64,000 nucleotides of DNA, from contig CAWFPN010000027.1 of NCBI GenBank assembly GCA_963817685.1, positions 31,763 to 95,762 on the forward strand. Reading direction: 5' to 3'. This DNA is from an uncultured Verrucomicrobiae bacterium. GTDB taxonomy: Bacteria; Verrucomicrobiota; Verrucomicrobiia; Palsa-1439. Numbering within the stretch: position 1 is the stretch's first letter; each line of letters begins with the position of its first letter. The position numbers and the translations under genes were made by a program. This document shows positions 54,869-63,856 of this stretch, piece after piece. Below the pieces are notes generated by a model. The model ran no database searches and was not told where the DNA came from. It saw nothing but the letters and a program-made list of their open reading frames with translations.

Positions 54869-55569
54869 CGGCGGCTGCGAAGGAAATGGGCGCGGCACAC
54901 AAGGCAACGGGTGACGCAGAGCGCCCTCGGATTGTCCTGCTGGGGCCACCGGCTTCCGGCAAGGGAACGGTGGCGACGGAATTAAGCGCTGCCTTGGGCG
55001 TGCCGCACGTATCGACGGGGCAGGTGTTCCGCGAAGCCATGCGAAAAGGCGGGCCGGTCGGGGAATCGGCCGGGCAGTTCATTGACAAAGGGCAATTGGT
55101 GCCCGACAAAGTGGCTGTTGAAGTTGTCCGCATGTGGCTGGACGAGCACCGCCGCGATGAGGGCTTTATTTTCGACGGGTTTCCACGCACCGTTTCGCAA
55201 GCAGAAGCGTTTGATCAGCTGTTGGCGGAACGAGGTATCCCCATCACCTTGGCGGTAGTGTTGGAGTTGAGCGAGGCGGAGATTATTGAGCGCATTTTGG
55301 GGCGACTGAGTTGCGAGACATGCGGAGCGCAGTATCATGCGACCCGGATGCCGCCCAGGCAAAACAGCATTTGCGACAACTGCGGCGGGGGACTGATTCG
55401 GCGAGCGGATGACACCGAAGCTACGGTGCTGGAACGACTGCATGTGTACCAGCAGTTGACTTTGGGTGTGGTTGATTACTATGAGCGCTCTGGGGTGTTG
55501 AGGCGTGTCAGCGGCAGCGGCTTAAAGGACCGGGCGTTTGCCGAGATTATGCGGTTGGTGAAGCCGTGA
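54865..55569 (+). CDS. adk: Adenylate kinase (zinc-lid type); start uncertain (TTG 54865 or ATG 54886)
   Basis: RIVLLGPPASGKGTVA, FIFDGFPRTVSQAEAF, lid CETCGAQYH...CDNCGG. Confidence 0.92.
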   Translation: MTAAAKEMGAAHKATGDAERPRIVLLGPPASGKGTVATELSAALGVPHVSTGQVFREAMRKGGPVGESAGQFIDKGQLVPDKVAVEVVRMWLDEHRRDEGFIFDGFPRTVSQAEAFDQLLAERGIPITLAVVLELSEAEIIERILGRLSCETCGAQYHATRMPPRQNSICDNCGGGLIRRADDTEATVLERLHVYQQLTLGVVDYYERSGVLRRVSGSGLKDRAFAEIMRLVKP

Positions 55570-56346
55570 TTCCGATTAAGTCAGCGTCTGAGATAGAGCG
55601 CATGCGGGCGGCGTGTACAGCTGCGGCCGCAACCTTGGCTGCGGTTGTCACCTTGGTGGAACCGGGCCGGACAACGGCCGAGTTGAACGAAGCGGCCGGA
55701 GAGTTTATTAGAAAATGCGGCGGCAAAAGCCCGTTTTTGGGGTATAAAGGGTACCCGGGCCAGATTTGCGTCTCGGTCAACGAGGAAGTTGTCCACGGCA
55801 TCCCGGGCAAACGACGTGTGCAATACGGTGACATTGTCAGTCTGGATGTCGGTATTATTTTAGACGGATTTGTCGGTGACAATGCGACCACTGTTGCGGT
55901 AGGAGTGATCGCGCCGCGGACGCAGGAGTTGCTGCGCGTGACCGAAAGCGCCTTACAGGCGGGCATCGCGCAGGCGCGGGCCGGCAATCGTGTGAGCGAT
56001 ATTTCGCACGCTGTCCAGAGCGGTGTTGAAGTAAATGGATTTTCAGTGGTCCGGGAGTTTGTGGGTCATGGCGTTGGCCGCAAGATGCATGAAGAACCGC
56101 AGATCCCGAACTATGGCCGGCCCGGGGAAGGGCCGAAGTTGAAGCCGGGGATGACCTTGGCGATTGAGCCGATGATCAATGCAGGTGTCAGCGAGGTGAA
56201 GATGTTGAGCGACGGCTGGACGGTGGTCACCGCCGACGGTGCGCCCTAGCGCGCATTTCGAGCACACGGTGCTGGTGACAGAAGGAGAACCAGAGATTTT
56301 AACGTGGCGAAAGAAGAGCCCATACGAGTCGAAGGCACAGTTGTAG
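55566..56346 (+). CDS. map: Type I methionine aminopeptidase, one +1 frame change near the 3' end as assembled; 3' end uncertain
   Basis: ORF 55566..56249 ([50 protein letters not shown]) stops at TAG 56247-56249. The conserved [19 protein letters not shown] continues in the +1 frame from 56248. Junction at CCC 56244-56246. Confidence 0.88.
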
Positions 56347-56522
56347 AATTGTTGCCGAATACAATGTTTCGGGTAGAATTGCCGAATAAACATCGGATTT
56401 TGGCGCATATCTCCGGTAAGATGCGACTGCATTTTATCCGGCTGATGCCGGGCGACAAAGTGATGGTGGAAATGTCGCCGTATGATTTGAGCAAAGGCCG
56501 AATTACGTTTCGGCAGAAGTAG
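56304..56522 (+). CDS. infA: Translation initiation factor IF-1
   Basis: 72 aa (GTG start): [64 protein letters not shown]. Confidence 0.95.
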   Translation: MAKEEPIRVEGTVVELLPNTMFRVELPNKHRILAHISGKMRLHFIRLMPGDKVMVEMSPYDLSKGRITFRQK

Positions 56523-56533
56523 GAACGGAAAAC

Positions 56534-56647
56534 ATGAAAGTAAAACCGTCAGTCAAGCGATTGTGCGAACGCTGCAGGATTGTGAGACGCAAAGGCGTGG
56601 TGCGGGTGATTTGTAACAACCCCCGCCACAAACAGCGTCAAGGCTAA
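56534..56647 (+). CDS. rpmJ: 50S ribosomal protein L36
   Basis: 37 codons, below the ORF-track cutoff: [37 protein letters not shown]. Confidence 0.93.
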   Translation: MKVKPSVKRLCERCRIVRRKGVVRVICNNPRHKQRQG

Positions 56648-56659
56648 GAGGTTTGTATT

Positions 56660-57049
56660 ATGGCACGAATTATAGGCGTTGAAATTCCCGACCAGAAGAA
56701 GGTCGGTATTTCCTTGCGGTACATTTACGGGATCGGCCCCACGACGGCTGTCGAAGTTTGCATCAAGGCAAAGGTGGACCCCGACGTGCGCACCAAGGAT
56801 TTGAATGACGAGCAGCTCACGCACCTGACAACCGCGTTGCAGAGCTACCGCATCGAAGGCGATTTGCGGCGCGAGATCCAGACGAACATTAAGCGCAAGA
56901 TGAGCATTAATTGTTATCAGGGCAGCCGTCACAAGAAAGGCCTGCCGGTGCACGGCCAACGTACATCGACCAACGCGCGTACACGCAAAGGTCCGCGCAA
57001 GACCGTCGGTGTCGTCCGCAGCAAGGAAGCAAAGGCCGGAAAAGTTTAA
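56660..57049 (+). CDS. rpsM: 30S ribosomal protein S13
   Basis: 129 aa: MARIIGVEIPDQKKVGISLRYIYGIGPTTA...YQGSRHKKGLPVHGQRTSTNARTRKG. Confidence 0.96.
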   Translation: MARIIGVEIPDQKKVGISLRYIYGIGPTTAVEVCIKAKVDPDVRTKDLNDEQLTHLTTALQSYRIEGDLRREIQTNIKRKMSINCYQGSRHKKGLPVHGQRTSTNARTRKGPRKTVGVVRSKEAKAGKV

Positions 57050-57065
57050 CGGTTGAAGGAGCACG

Positions 57066-57620
57066 ATGTCAAAAGACGCTAAGAAACCAGAAGAACCGAA
57101 GGCGAAACCAGCCGCACCAGCGGAAGCTGCCGCCGCCCCGGCCCCCAAGGCCGAGGCCGCCCCGGCGCCTGCAGCAGCAGCCCCGGCTGCCTCGACTGCC
57201 CCGGCAACGGCCGCCGCCGCCTTTGCCGAAGGCGAAGTCGTCAAGAAGGTCATCAAGGCCAAGCACAGCAAGAATGTGATTCAGGGCATCGCGCATATCA
57301 TGGCGACCTTCAACAACACAATCGTTTCGATTACGGACCACAACGGCAAAGTCATCGGCTGGTCGAGCGCTGGGCGGGTCGGTTTCAAAGGTTCGCGTAA
57401 GAGCACAGCGTACGCGGCGCAACTGGTCGCCCAGGACGCTGCCCGCCAGGGAATGGCGCACGGATTGCGCGAAATAGAAGTCTGGGTAAAAGGCCCTGGG
57501 AGCGGGCGCGAAGCTGCCATTCGGGCGCTCCAGGCGATTGGCCTGGAGATCACGGTGATCAAGGATGTTACGCCGATTCCGCACAATGGCTGCCGCCCGC
57601 CAAAGCGCCGGCGCGTTTAG
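57066..57620 (+). CDS. rpsK: 30S ribosomal protein S11 with ~55-aa Ala/Pro/Lys-rich N-terminal extension
   Basis: 184 aa. Core [30 protein letters not shown]...[44 protein letters not shown], preceded by the low-complexity stretch [37 protein letters not shown]. Confidence 0.93.
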   Translation: MSKDAKKPEEPKAKPAAPAEAAAAPAPKAEAAPAPAAAAPAASTAPATAAAAFAEGEVVKKVIKAKHSKNVIQGIAHIMATFNNTIVSITDHNGKVIGWSSAGRVGFKGSRKSTAYAAQLVAQDAARQGMAHGLREIEVWVKGPGSGREAAIRALQAIGLEITVIKDVTPIPHNGCRPPKRRRV

Positions 57621-57638
57621 TCAGGAGATTTCAAAAGT

Positions 57639-58250
57639 ATGGCACGATATAAAGGACCACGAGTTCGCATTAGCCGGCGATTTGGGCAGCCGATTTTCGG
57701 CCCCTCGAAATATTTGGAGCGGCGCAGCTATCCGCCTGGTGTGCACGGCCCGAAATCGTCGCGGCGCAAGCACAGCGACTACGGTATTGGCCTGGCCGAG
57801 AAACAGAAGCTGCGCTACCAATACGGTCTGCTGGAACGGCAATTCCGCAGAATGTTCGAAATCGCGCGTAAGAAGCGCGGTGTGACGGGCGAGACACTGT
57901 TGCAATTGTTGGAGACCCGTCTGGACAACGTCGTCTATCGGATCGGCTTCGCCAGCACCCGGCCCTTTGCGCGCCAGGTAGTCAATCACGGTCATGTCCG
58001 CGTGAATGGACGCAAAGTCAGCATCGCTTCGTTCAACGTGAAGCCAGGCGATGTGATCGAGATTCGCGACACGGCGGCCTCACGGCAACTCGTGGCCAAG
58101 AGCCTGGAGTCGGCGCAAATCCGGCCGGTTCCGGACTGGATTACGTTCAATCGCGACGCCATGCGGGCACAGATTATTCGGATCCCAACGCGCGACGAGA
58201 TCCAGCCGATCGTCAACGAACAATTGATTGTAGAATTTTATTCTAGATAA
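57639..58250 (+). CDS. rpsD: 30S ribosomal protein S4
   Basis: 203 aa: MARYKGPRVRISRRFG...LETRLDNVVYRIGFASTRPFARQVVNHGHVRVNGRKV. Confidence 0.96.
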   Translation: MARYKGPRVRISRRFGQPIFGPSKYLERRSYPPGVHGPKSSRRKHSDYGIGLAEKQKLRYQYGLLERQFRRMFEIARKKRGVTGETLLQLLETRLDNVVYRIGFASTRPFARQVVNHGHVRVNGRKVSIASFNVKPGDVIEIRDTAASRQLVAKSLESAQIRPVPDWITFNRDAMRAQIIRIPTRDEIQPIVNEQLIVEFYSR

Positions 58251-58321
58251 CCAGAATCAACAGAGTTGTTGGTCCGCGTTTCTAGGCCGCGGGAAACCCA
58301 ACTCACAGGAGGAAGTACATC

Positions 58322-59359
58322 ATGCCAGTTCGTTTAGGCCGATTCGAAATGCCGAAACGGTTGACCCGTGAGGAGTCCACCGCGACGCCGACGTACGCGA
58401 AATTCATCGCCGAACCGTTTGAGGCCGGCTATGGCCACACGATCGGCAACTCAATGCGCCGGGTGTTGCTCAGCTCGCTGGAAGGGGCTGCGATCACCTC
58501 GATTAAACTCGAGGGTGCGCCGCACGAGTTCACATCGATTCCCGGCGTGGTGGAAGACGTGACGGACATCATTTTGAACCTGAAACGGGTGCTGCTCAAG
58601 TCGCACAGCCGCGAACCGCATGTCGTCTACATCTCGGCCAGCAAGGAAGGCCCGGTGACGGCGGGTGACATCAAGAGCGATCAGGTTGTCGAAGTGCTTA
58701 ATCCCGGCCAGCACATCTGCACGCTGGACAAAAAGACGCGCTTTGAAGGCGAGTTGGAGATCAAGGTTGGTCGCGGGTTCTGTCCTGCCGAGCAAAACAA
58801 GAAGCTAGAGCAACCTATCGGCGTGATTGCTATTGACGCCTTGTTTTCACCCGTGCGGCGCGTGCGCTACACGGTGGAGAATACGCGTGTCGGTCAGCGG
58901 ACGGATTACGACAAGCTCATCGTGGAAGTGTGGACCGACGGCCGGATCACTCCGGACGATGCCATGGTACAATCCAGCAACATTTTGCGGCACCATCTGG
59001 ATTCGTTCTGCGACTATGACAAGGGCATGGTGATTGAGTTCGAAGAAGCGGCGGAAAAGGTCAGCGCCGAGCAGGCCAAGCTCAAGAAAATCCTCAATAT
59101 GAGTGTCAATGAGATCGAATTGAGCGTGCGCGCCGCGAACTGCTTGAACAACGCGAACATCACCACGGTTGGCCAATTGGCCATGAAAACCGAGCAGGAG
59201 ATGCTCAAGTACCGCAACTTCGGCAAGAAGTCCCTCAATGAGATCAAGGAAAAGCTCTCAGGTTTGGGACTGACGCTGGGGATGAAGTTTGATGCCGCCC
59301 TGTTGGAGGCCCCTGCCGCACCGGCGGAAGTGCCCGCGCTGGCGATGGAAGAGAAGTAA
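58322..59359 (+). CDS. rpoA: DNA-directed RNA polymerase subunit alpha
   Basis: 345 aa: GYGHTIGNSMRRVLLSSLEGAAITSIKLEG...ELSVRAANCLNNANITTVGQL...NFGKKSLNEIKEKL. Confidence 0.96.
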   Translation: MPVRLGRFEMPKRLTREESTATPTYAKFIAEPFEAGYGHTIGNSMRRVLLSSLEGAAITSIKLEGAPHEFTSIPGVVEDVTDIILNLKRVLLKSHSREPHVVYISASKEGPVTAGDIKSDQVVEVLNPGQHICTLDKKTRFEGELEIKVGRGFCPAEQNKKLEQPIGVIAIDALFSPVRRVRYTVENTRVGQRTDYDKLIVEVWTDGRITPDDAMVQSSNILRHHLDSFCDYDKGMVIEFEEAAEKVSAEQAKLKKILNMSVNEIELSVRAANCLNNANITTVGQLAMKTEQEMLKYRNFGKKSLNEIKEKLSGLGLTLGMKFDAALLEAPAAPAEVPALAMEEK

Positions 59360-59386
59360 GAGGGTTGCCTCGGAGAGGGAATTGCT

Positions 59387-59878
59387 ATGCGACACCGTAA
59401 ACGCACCGCCAAACTTGGCATGAAGTCCCAGCATCGGCGAGCCACGCTCGCCAACATGGTTTGCAGTCTGATCGCGCACAGCAGCATCCGCACCACCGTG
59501 GCCAAAGCCAAGGTGGCGCGGCGTTGGGCTGATCGCATGGTCACGCTGGCCAAACGGGGCGCCCTGCATGACCGGCGCCTGGCCCTGGCGTTCCTGCGAC
59601 ACAAGCCTTCCGTGACGAAACTGTTCACCGAGATCGGCAAACAACACGGCGACCGCAACGGCGGTTACACCCGGATCATCCGGGTTGGCCCCCGTCCCGG
59701 CGATGCTGCTGAAATGGTGATCCTGGAGTGGACCGGCACCGTGGCACCCGCGCCCGTGCCCGAGACGGGCAAGCAGGCCGAAGAGCCAAAGCCCGCCGAA
59801 GCGGCGGCTAATGAGGCGAAACCGGCCAGGAAGAAGAAAGCCGCGGAGAAGAAGGAAGAGGCCGCGGCCACGAAGTAG
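59387..59878 (+). CDS. rplQ: 50S ribosomal protein L17 with Ala/Glu/Lys-rich C-terminal extension
   Basis: 163 aa. MRHRKRTAKLGMKSQHRRATLANMV...GDRNGGYTRIIRVGPRPGDAAEMVILE, then the low-complexity tail PETGKQAEEPKPAEAAANEAKPARKKKAAEKKEEAAATK. Confidence 0.95.
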   Translation: MRHRKRTAKLGMKSQHRRATLANMVCSLIAHSSIRTTVAKAKVARRWADRMVTLAKRGALHDRRLALAFLRHKPSVTKLFTEIGKQHGDRNGGYTRIIRVGPRPGDAAEMVILEWTGTVAPAPVPETGKQAEEPKPAEAAANEAKPARKKKAAEKKEEAAATK

Positions 59879-59898
59879 CAAGAATTATTAACCAAGGC

Positions 59899-59938
59899 GA
59901 CACGGTTTCCTCGTGAGAGGAAGCCGTGTTTTCTTTTG
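59899..59938 (+). terminator. Rho-independent terminator closing the ribosomal supercluster
   Basis: ACACGGTTTCCTC-gtga-GAGGAAGCCGTGT stem (one G-T pair) followed by TTTTCTTTT. Convergent with the minus-strand gene ending at 59997. Confidence 0.75.
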
Positions 59939-59996
59939 GTGTGGACTGTGACTCTGCCAGAGCGAGAGAAGAGTCGCTGTTAATCGGGCTGGCCGG

Positions 59997-60377
59997 TCAG
60001 ATATGCCGGCTGTCGTGTTCGTTCTTGGTTTGGTAGCCGGAGTCCTGGCGGTCGAGATTGACTTTGTGCTTCTTGGTGTAGGCCTCGTAAAGATCGTCGG
60101 GGGTCATCTCCAGGACCTGTGCGATGGAAATCAGGAAATGCATCAGGTCGACCATCTCTACACGGGCATTCTGCTTGTCGAACTTCTGGTACTTGGCCCA
60201 CCACTTCCAGGGAACACTATCGGTGAGTTCTGCGATTTCCTGACTCATGGCGCGGCAGTAGTTGAGCACCCATTGCTGGCGCTGCTCGTCGGTCATCTCA
60301 GAGGTATTGACCCCGATGCGCTGGTTCAGGGCCTGTTGAAGCCGGAAGATTTCATCAAGTTTATCAGGCGTCGTCAT
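59997..60377 (-). CDS. All-alpha NTP pyrophosphohydrolase, dimeric dUTPase-like (MazG superfamily)
   Basis: 126 aa. MSQEIAELTDSVPWKWWAKYQKFDKQNARVEMVDLMHFLISIA resembles the dimeric dUTPase (dUTPase_2) pattern E..E..D...WKWW....E..D..HF. Assigned by motif memory only. Confidence 0.55.
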   Translation of the reverse strand: MTTPDKLDEIFRLQQALNQRIGVNTSEMTDEQRQQWVLNYCRAMSQEIAELTDSVPWKWWAKYQKFDKQNARVEMVDLMHFLISIAQVLEMTPDDLYEAYTKKHKVNLDRQDSGYQTKNEHDSRHI

Positions 60378-60460
60378 ACGTGGCGCAGAGTATTGGCGAA
60401 AGTTACTGAAAAATCACGGCTTTTCTGCTACCTTCACCGGCATGTCCGGGGCAGCAGCTT

Positions 60461-63061
60461 ATGAAATTGTTTGATTCGACTTCGGCGACGCCCAAACCGT
60501 TGCGCGAAGTGCGTCTGACGGCGATCAACTTCATCGCCGACGCCGTCAATCGCACTCTTGATCTCAAGGAGATCGCTGATAACGCCTTGCACGCTATTTT
60601 GGCGGTGACCCAACTCGATGCCGGCGCTGTCTACATGTGGCAGGACAGCGATGAAGTGCTTCGCTTGTTTGCTTGGCGCGGGGTCTCGGAGGCCTTTGTC
60701 CGCCAGGTCACCACCATCCGCAAAGGCGAGGACGTCACCGTTGACGCTGTGCTCGAAGGCAACACCAAGGTGATCGAGGATTTCACGCTGACGCCGCATA
60801 CGTTACGCATTGATGTGGTGCGGGCCGGATTTCGCTCGGCCATCATGTGCCCGATCCGCGCGCAAGGGTTTGTGGTCGGCCTGCTCGCCCTGGGGGCCTA
60901 CAAAGTGCGCGAGTTTGAGGGCGACGACATCGATCTGATCGAGGTTATCTCCAACCAGATCGGTAACGCAATGGTCCACGCCCAACTGGAAGCGGACTTG
61001 CGGGCCAGCGAGGAACAGTACCGCAGTCTCGTGGAAAACTCGGATGACGCGATCTATATCGCCGGGCCGGACGGCCGTCCTCGATTCGCGAATTCAGCAT
61101 TCCCCCGCATTTTCGGATTCGCGACGGAAGAGTTGGCAGCCATCGACCCGTTTGACCGGGTCCATCCAGACGACGTGGAGGCTGTTCGCAGCGCCTTTGC
61201 CAAGCTGGTGCACGGTGAATCAGTGCACAGTCTGGAGTACCGGTTCTGCCGCCAGGACGGCCAATGGATCGATTTGCAGTGTAACGCCAGTATTTTTTCT
61301 CGCGACGGCGACAAGCCGGAGGAATTCCAGTTTGTGGTGCGTGAAGTTACCCAGATGCGGCAGCGCCAGCAACAGTTGCTGCGGCGCAACCGGCAACTGG
61401 CCGCGTTGACCACGCTGGCCGCCGTTGCGAATTCGTCGCTGAATATTGAAGAAATCGCCCGCAACACGTTGGAAGTTGCGCTGGAAAGCACCGGCATGGA
61501 GGGCGGCGGCATCCATTTGGCGGACCCGGACCAGAAGCATTTGCGTTTATATATCCACACCGGGCTGCCGGAGGAATTGGTCGAGCAGCTGCGTCTGGTG
61601 GCTTGGGGCGAGACTGTGACCGGGACCGTCGCAGCGTCGGGGCAGGCCAAGATGGTCAGCGATCTTAGTTCCGAAGCGCCCATGGCGCGTCCGGCGGCCC
61701 GTAAACACGGATTCAAGGCGCTGATCGTGGTGCCTGTCAAAGCCAAGGGGGAAATCCTGGGCACGCTTGGATTGGTCAGCAAGCGCGAATTGCAGTTTGC
61801 GCCGGACGTTGTGGAAATGGTGACGGCGATGGGCAATCAGCTGGGTATTGCGATTGCCAACGCACGGCTCTATGAGACGCAGTTGCGCGAAAACGAGAAA
61901 TTGAACGCGCTCGTGGACATTAGCAGTGGCGGAGCGCAGCGGCTCGAGTTGGAGCCGTTGCTGCAGCGCATCCTGGTCAAGTCCGCCGCCCTGCTAAAGG
62001 CCGACGCTGCGTACATCATCCGCTACGAAGAAGATCAAGCCGAAGTCGTCGCGGCGACCGCTGGATTTGAGCGTTTGATTGGGACCAGGTATCCGAGCTC
62101 GGTCGGGTTATCAGGCCAGGTCCAGACGCTGCGCCAGGGGAAAATCTTCACCCGCGAGGAAGTGGCCAGCCAAGGGCAGAGCCCGATCCTGCGTGAAGCC
62201 GACGTACGGTCGGTCCTGGTTGCGCCGCTGATCTCACGCAATGAATTGATCGGCGCATTGGGACTGACGCGCGAAGCGGAAGCGACGAGCGATTTTACGG
62301 CGGCGGATTTGGAATTGATGGAAGCCTTTGCCAGCCGCGCCGCAGTGGCGATTGACAACGCACAACTTCTCAAGGATTTGCGTCGCAAAAACGAGCTGCT
62401 GGAGCTGTTGATCGAAGAGGCGCACCACCGCATCAAAAACAACCTGCAAATGATCTCAGGATTGTTGCAGCTGGAGGCGGAGCTTTCGGAGGGGGGCGGC
62501 ACCGCGGAACGATTGCGGCAGGCGATCGCACGCATCCAGGCGATTGCGCAGGTGCATAATCTGCTGAGCGAAGAGATGCCGGAAAAGGTCGATGCATACG
62601 CCTTGATCACCACCATTATCAATACGCTGGTCAGCTCGGCGCCCAGCGCAAATGGACCACCGGAAGTGACGCTGGAGTTGGAGCATCTTTGGCTCAACGC
62701 TGATCAGGCAGTTGCGCTTTCGCTGATCGTCAATGAATTGGTGGCCAACTCACTCCTGCATGGGCGGCCGCCAGTCGGCGGACGGTTACATGTGAAAGTG
62801 CAGTGCCGCCAGCACGGGGATAAAGTGGAGCTGACGGCCCAGGACAACGGCGGCGGGTTTCCTGCTGGGCGAGATTGGCGGTCGTTTGCGGGGCAGGGAA
62901 TGAATATTATTCATCAGTTGGTGCAGGTCAATTTACGAGGCCAATTACAGGTGGACTCCCGCAACGGTGGCGTCTATGCCGAACTGCATTTTGAAATGGG
63001 CGGACATCTGGCCCCACGCGGGCCCAAACGGGCTGAAACACCGGTGGAGAGTGGAACTTGA
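60461..63061 (+). CDS. Cytoplasmic sensor histidine kinase, GAF-PAS-GAF-GAF + HisKA_2-type (HWE/PdtaS-like) kinase core
   Basis: 866 aa with no TM segments. Repeated GAF-like blocks, a PAS block (EEQYRSLVENSDDAIYIAGPDGRPRFANSAF), phospho-acceptor EEAHHRIKNNLQMISGLL typical of HisKA_2, and an ATPase region NELVANSLLHG...QDNGGGFP. Confidence 0.8.
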   Translation: MKLFDSTSATPKPLREVRLTAINFIADAVNRTLDLKEIADNALHAILAVTQLDAGAVYMWQDSDEVLRLFAWRGVSEAFVRQVTTIRKGEDVTVDAVLEGNTKVIEDFTLTPHTLRIDVVRAGFRSAIMCPIRAQGFVVGLLALGAYKVREFEGDDIDLIEVISNQIGNAMVHAQLEADLRASEEQYRSLVENSDDAIYIAGPDGRPRFANSAFPRIFGFATEELAAIDPFDRVHPDDVEAVRSAFAKLVHGESVHSLEYRFCRQDGQWIDLQCNASIFSRDGDKPEEFQFVVREVTQMRQRQQQLLRRNRQLAALTTLAAVANSSLNIEEIARNTLEVALESTGMEGGGIHLADPDQKHLRLYIHTGLPEELVEQLRLVAWGETVTGTVAASGQAKMVSDLSSEAPMARPAARKHGFKALIVVPVKAKGEILGTLGLVSKRELQFAPDVVEMVTAMGNQLGIAIANARLYETQLRENEKLNALVDISSGGAQRLELEPLLQRILVKSAALLKADAAYIIRYEEDQAEVVAATAGFERLIGTRYPSSVGLSGQVQTLRQGKIFTREEVASQGQSPILREADVRSVLVAPLISRNELIGALGLTREAEATSDFTAADLELMEAFASRAAVAIDNAQLLKDLRRKNELLELLIEEAHHRIKNNLQMISGLLQLEAELSEGGGTAERLRQAIARIQAIAQVHNLLSEEMPEKVDAYALITTIINTLVSSAPSANGPPEVTLELEHLWLNADQAVALSLIVNELVANSLLHGRPPVGGRLHVKVQCRQHGDKVELTAQDNGGGFPAGRDWRSFAGQGMNIIHQLVQVNLRGQLQVDSRNGGVYAELHFEMGGHLAPRGPKRAETPVESGT

Positions 63062-63124
63062 CTTTTCGGGCGCAGAGAACCTAAGATTCGACCGAGGGCA
63101 GCTCAGGCGAACTAATTGTCAGTC

Positions 63125-63757
63125 ATGAAACCTTTACGTGTAGTCATTGCCGACGACGACGGTCTGACGTTGATGGTCTTGCGCAAAATCCTGATCGCTA
63201 TGGGTCATGAAGTTGTTGCGGAGGCCGGGGATGGTCAGCAGGCAGTCAGCTTTGCGCAGGAAAACCATCCCGACCTTGTCGTTCTGGACATCCGGATGCC
63301 GAAAATGGAAGGGCTGGAGGCGGCCCGTCTCATTCAGAGCCACCGGCCAACCCCAGTGATCATCCTCAGCGCGCACACCGAGCCAGGGCTGGGAAGTGAG
63401 GCGGCCAGCGCCGGCGCGCACGCATATTTGGTGAAGCCGTTTACCGCCGCCCAGCTCAAGCCGGCGATTGAGCTGGCGCTCACCAACTTCGAGCGCTCAA
63501 AGATCCTGGAAGAGAAACTGCAACAGGTCAACGAGGCCCTCGAGTCCCGGAAACTCGTCGAACGCGCCAAGGGGATCCTGATGCGCCAGACAGGTCTCGA
63601 TGAAGAGGCCGCGTATCTTAAGTTGCAGAAGACCGCCCGCAACGAAAACAAGAAGCTCGTGGATGTGGCGCGCGCCCTGATTTTGGCCGAGCAAATGAGG
63701 CGGGAAAGCGGCGGCCGCCCGTCAGCCCCGCGCAATCCCGGCCACCCGGCCCGCTAG
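63125..63757 (+). CDS. Response regulator with ANTAR RNA-binding output domain (PdtaR/AmiR-like)
   Basis: ORF 63116..63757 trimmed to ATG 63125. REC motifs VVIADDD, LVVLDIRMPKMEG and YLVKPF. ANTAR LESRKLVERAKGILMRQTGLDEEAAYLKLQKTARNENKKLVDVARALI. Confidence 0.85.
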   Translation: MKPLRVVIADDDGLTLMVLRKILIAMGHEVVAEAGDGQQAVSFAQENHPDLVVLDIRMPKMEGLEAARLIQSHRPTPVIILSAHTEPGLGSEAASAGAHAYLVKPFTAAQLKPAIELALTNFERSKILEEKLQQVNEALESRKLVERAKGILMRQTGLDEEAAYLKLQKTARNENKKLVDVARALILAEQMRRESGGRPSAPRNPGHPAR

Positions 63758-63856
63758 CGAGGCATCCGGCTTCGGCCTTGACCGGCTGTGGAACTTCCCG
63801 CTAGTGTCTCGCATCTCAATTTCCTGCAACAACAGGCGAAACGGAATGGATTGGTT

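Noticed and set aside
63758-63856. ANTAR target (tandem hexaloop hairpins) downstream of the ANTAR regulator and upstream of trxB
   Set aside because: Only a single short hairpin is present (CCTG-caacaa-CAGG). Its loop lacks the A1/G4 pattern, and there is no second hairpin or terminator.
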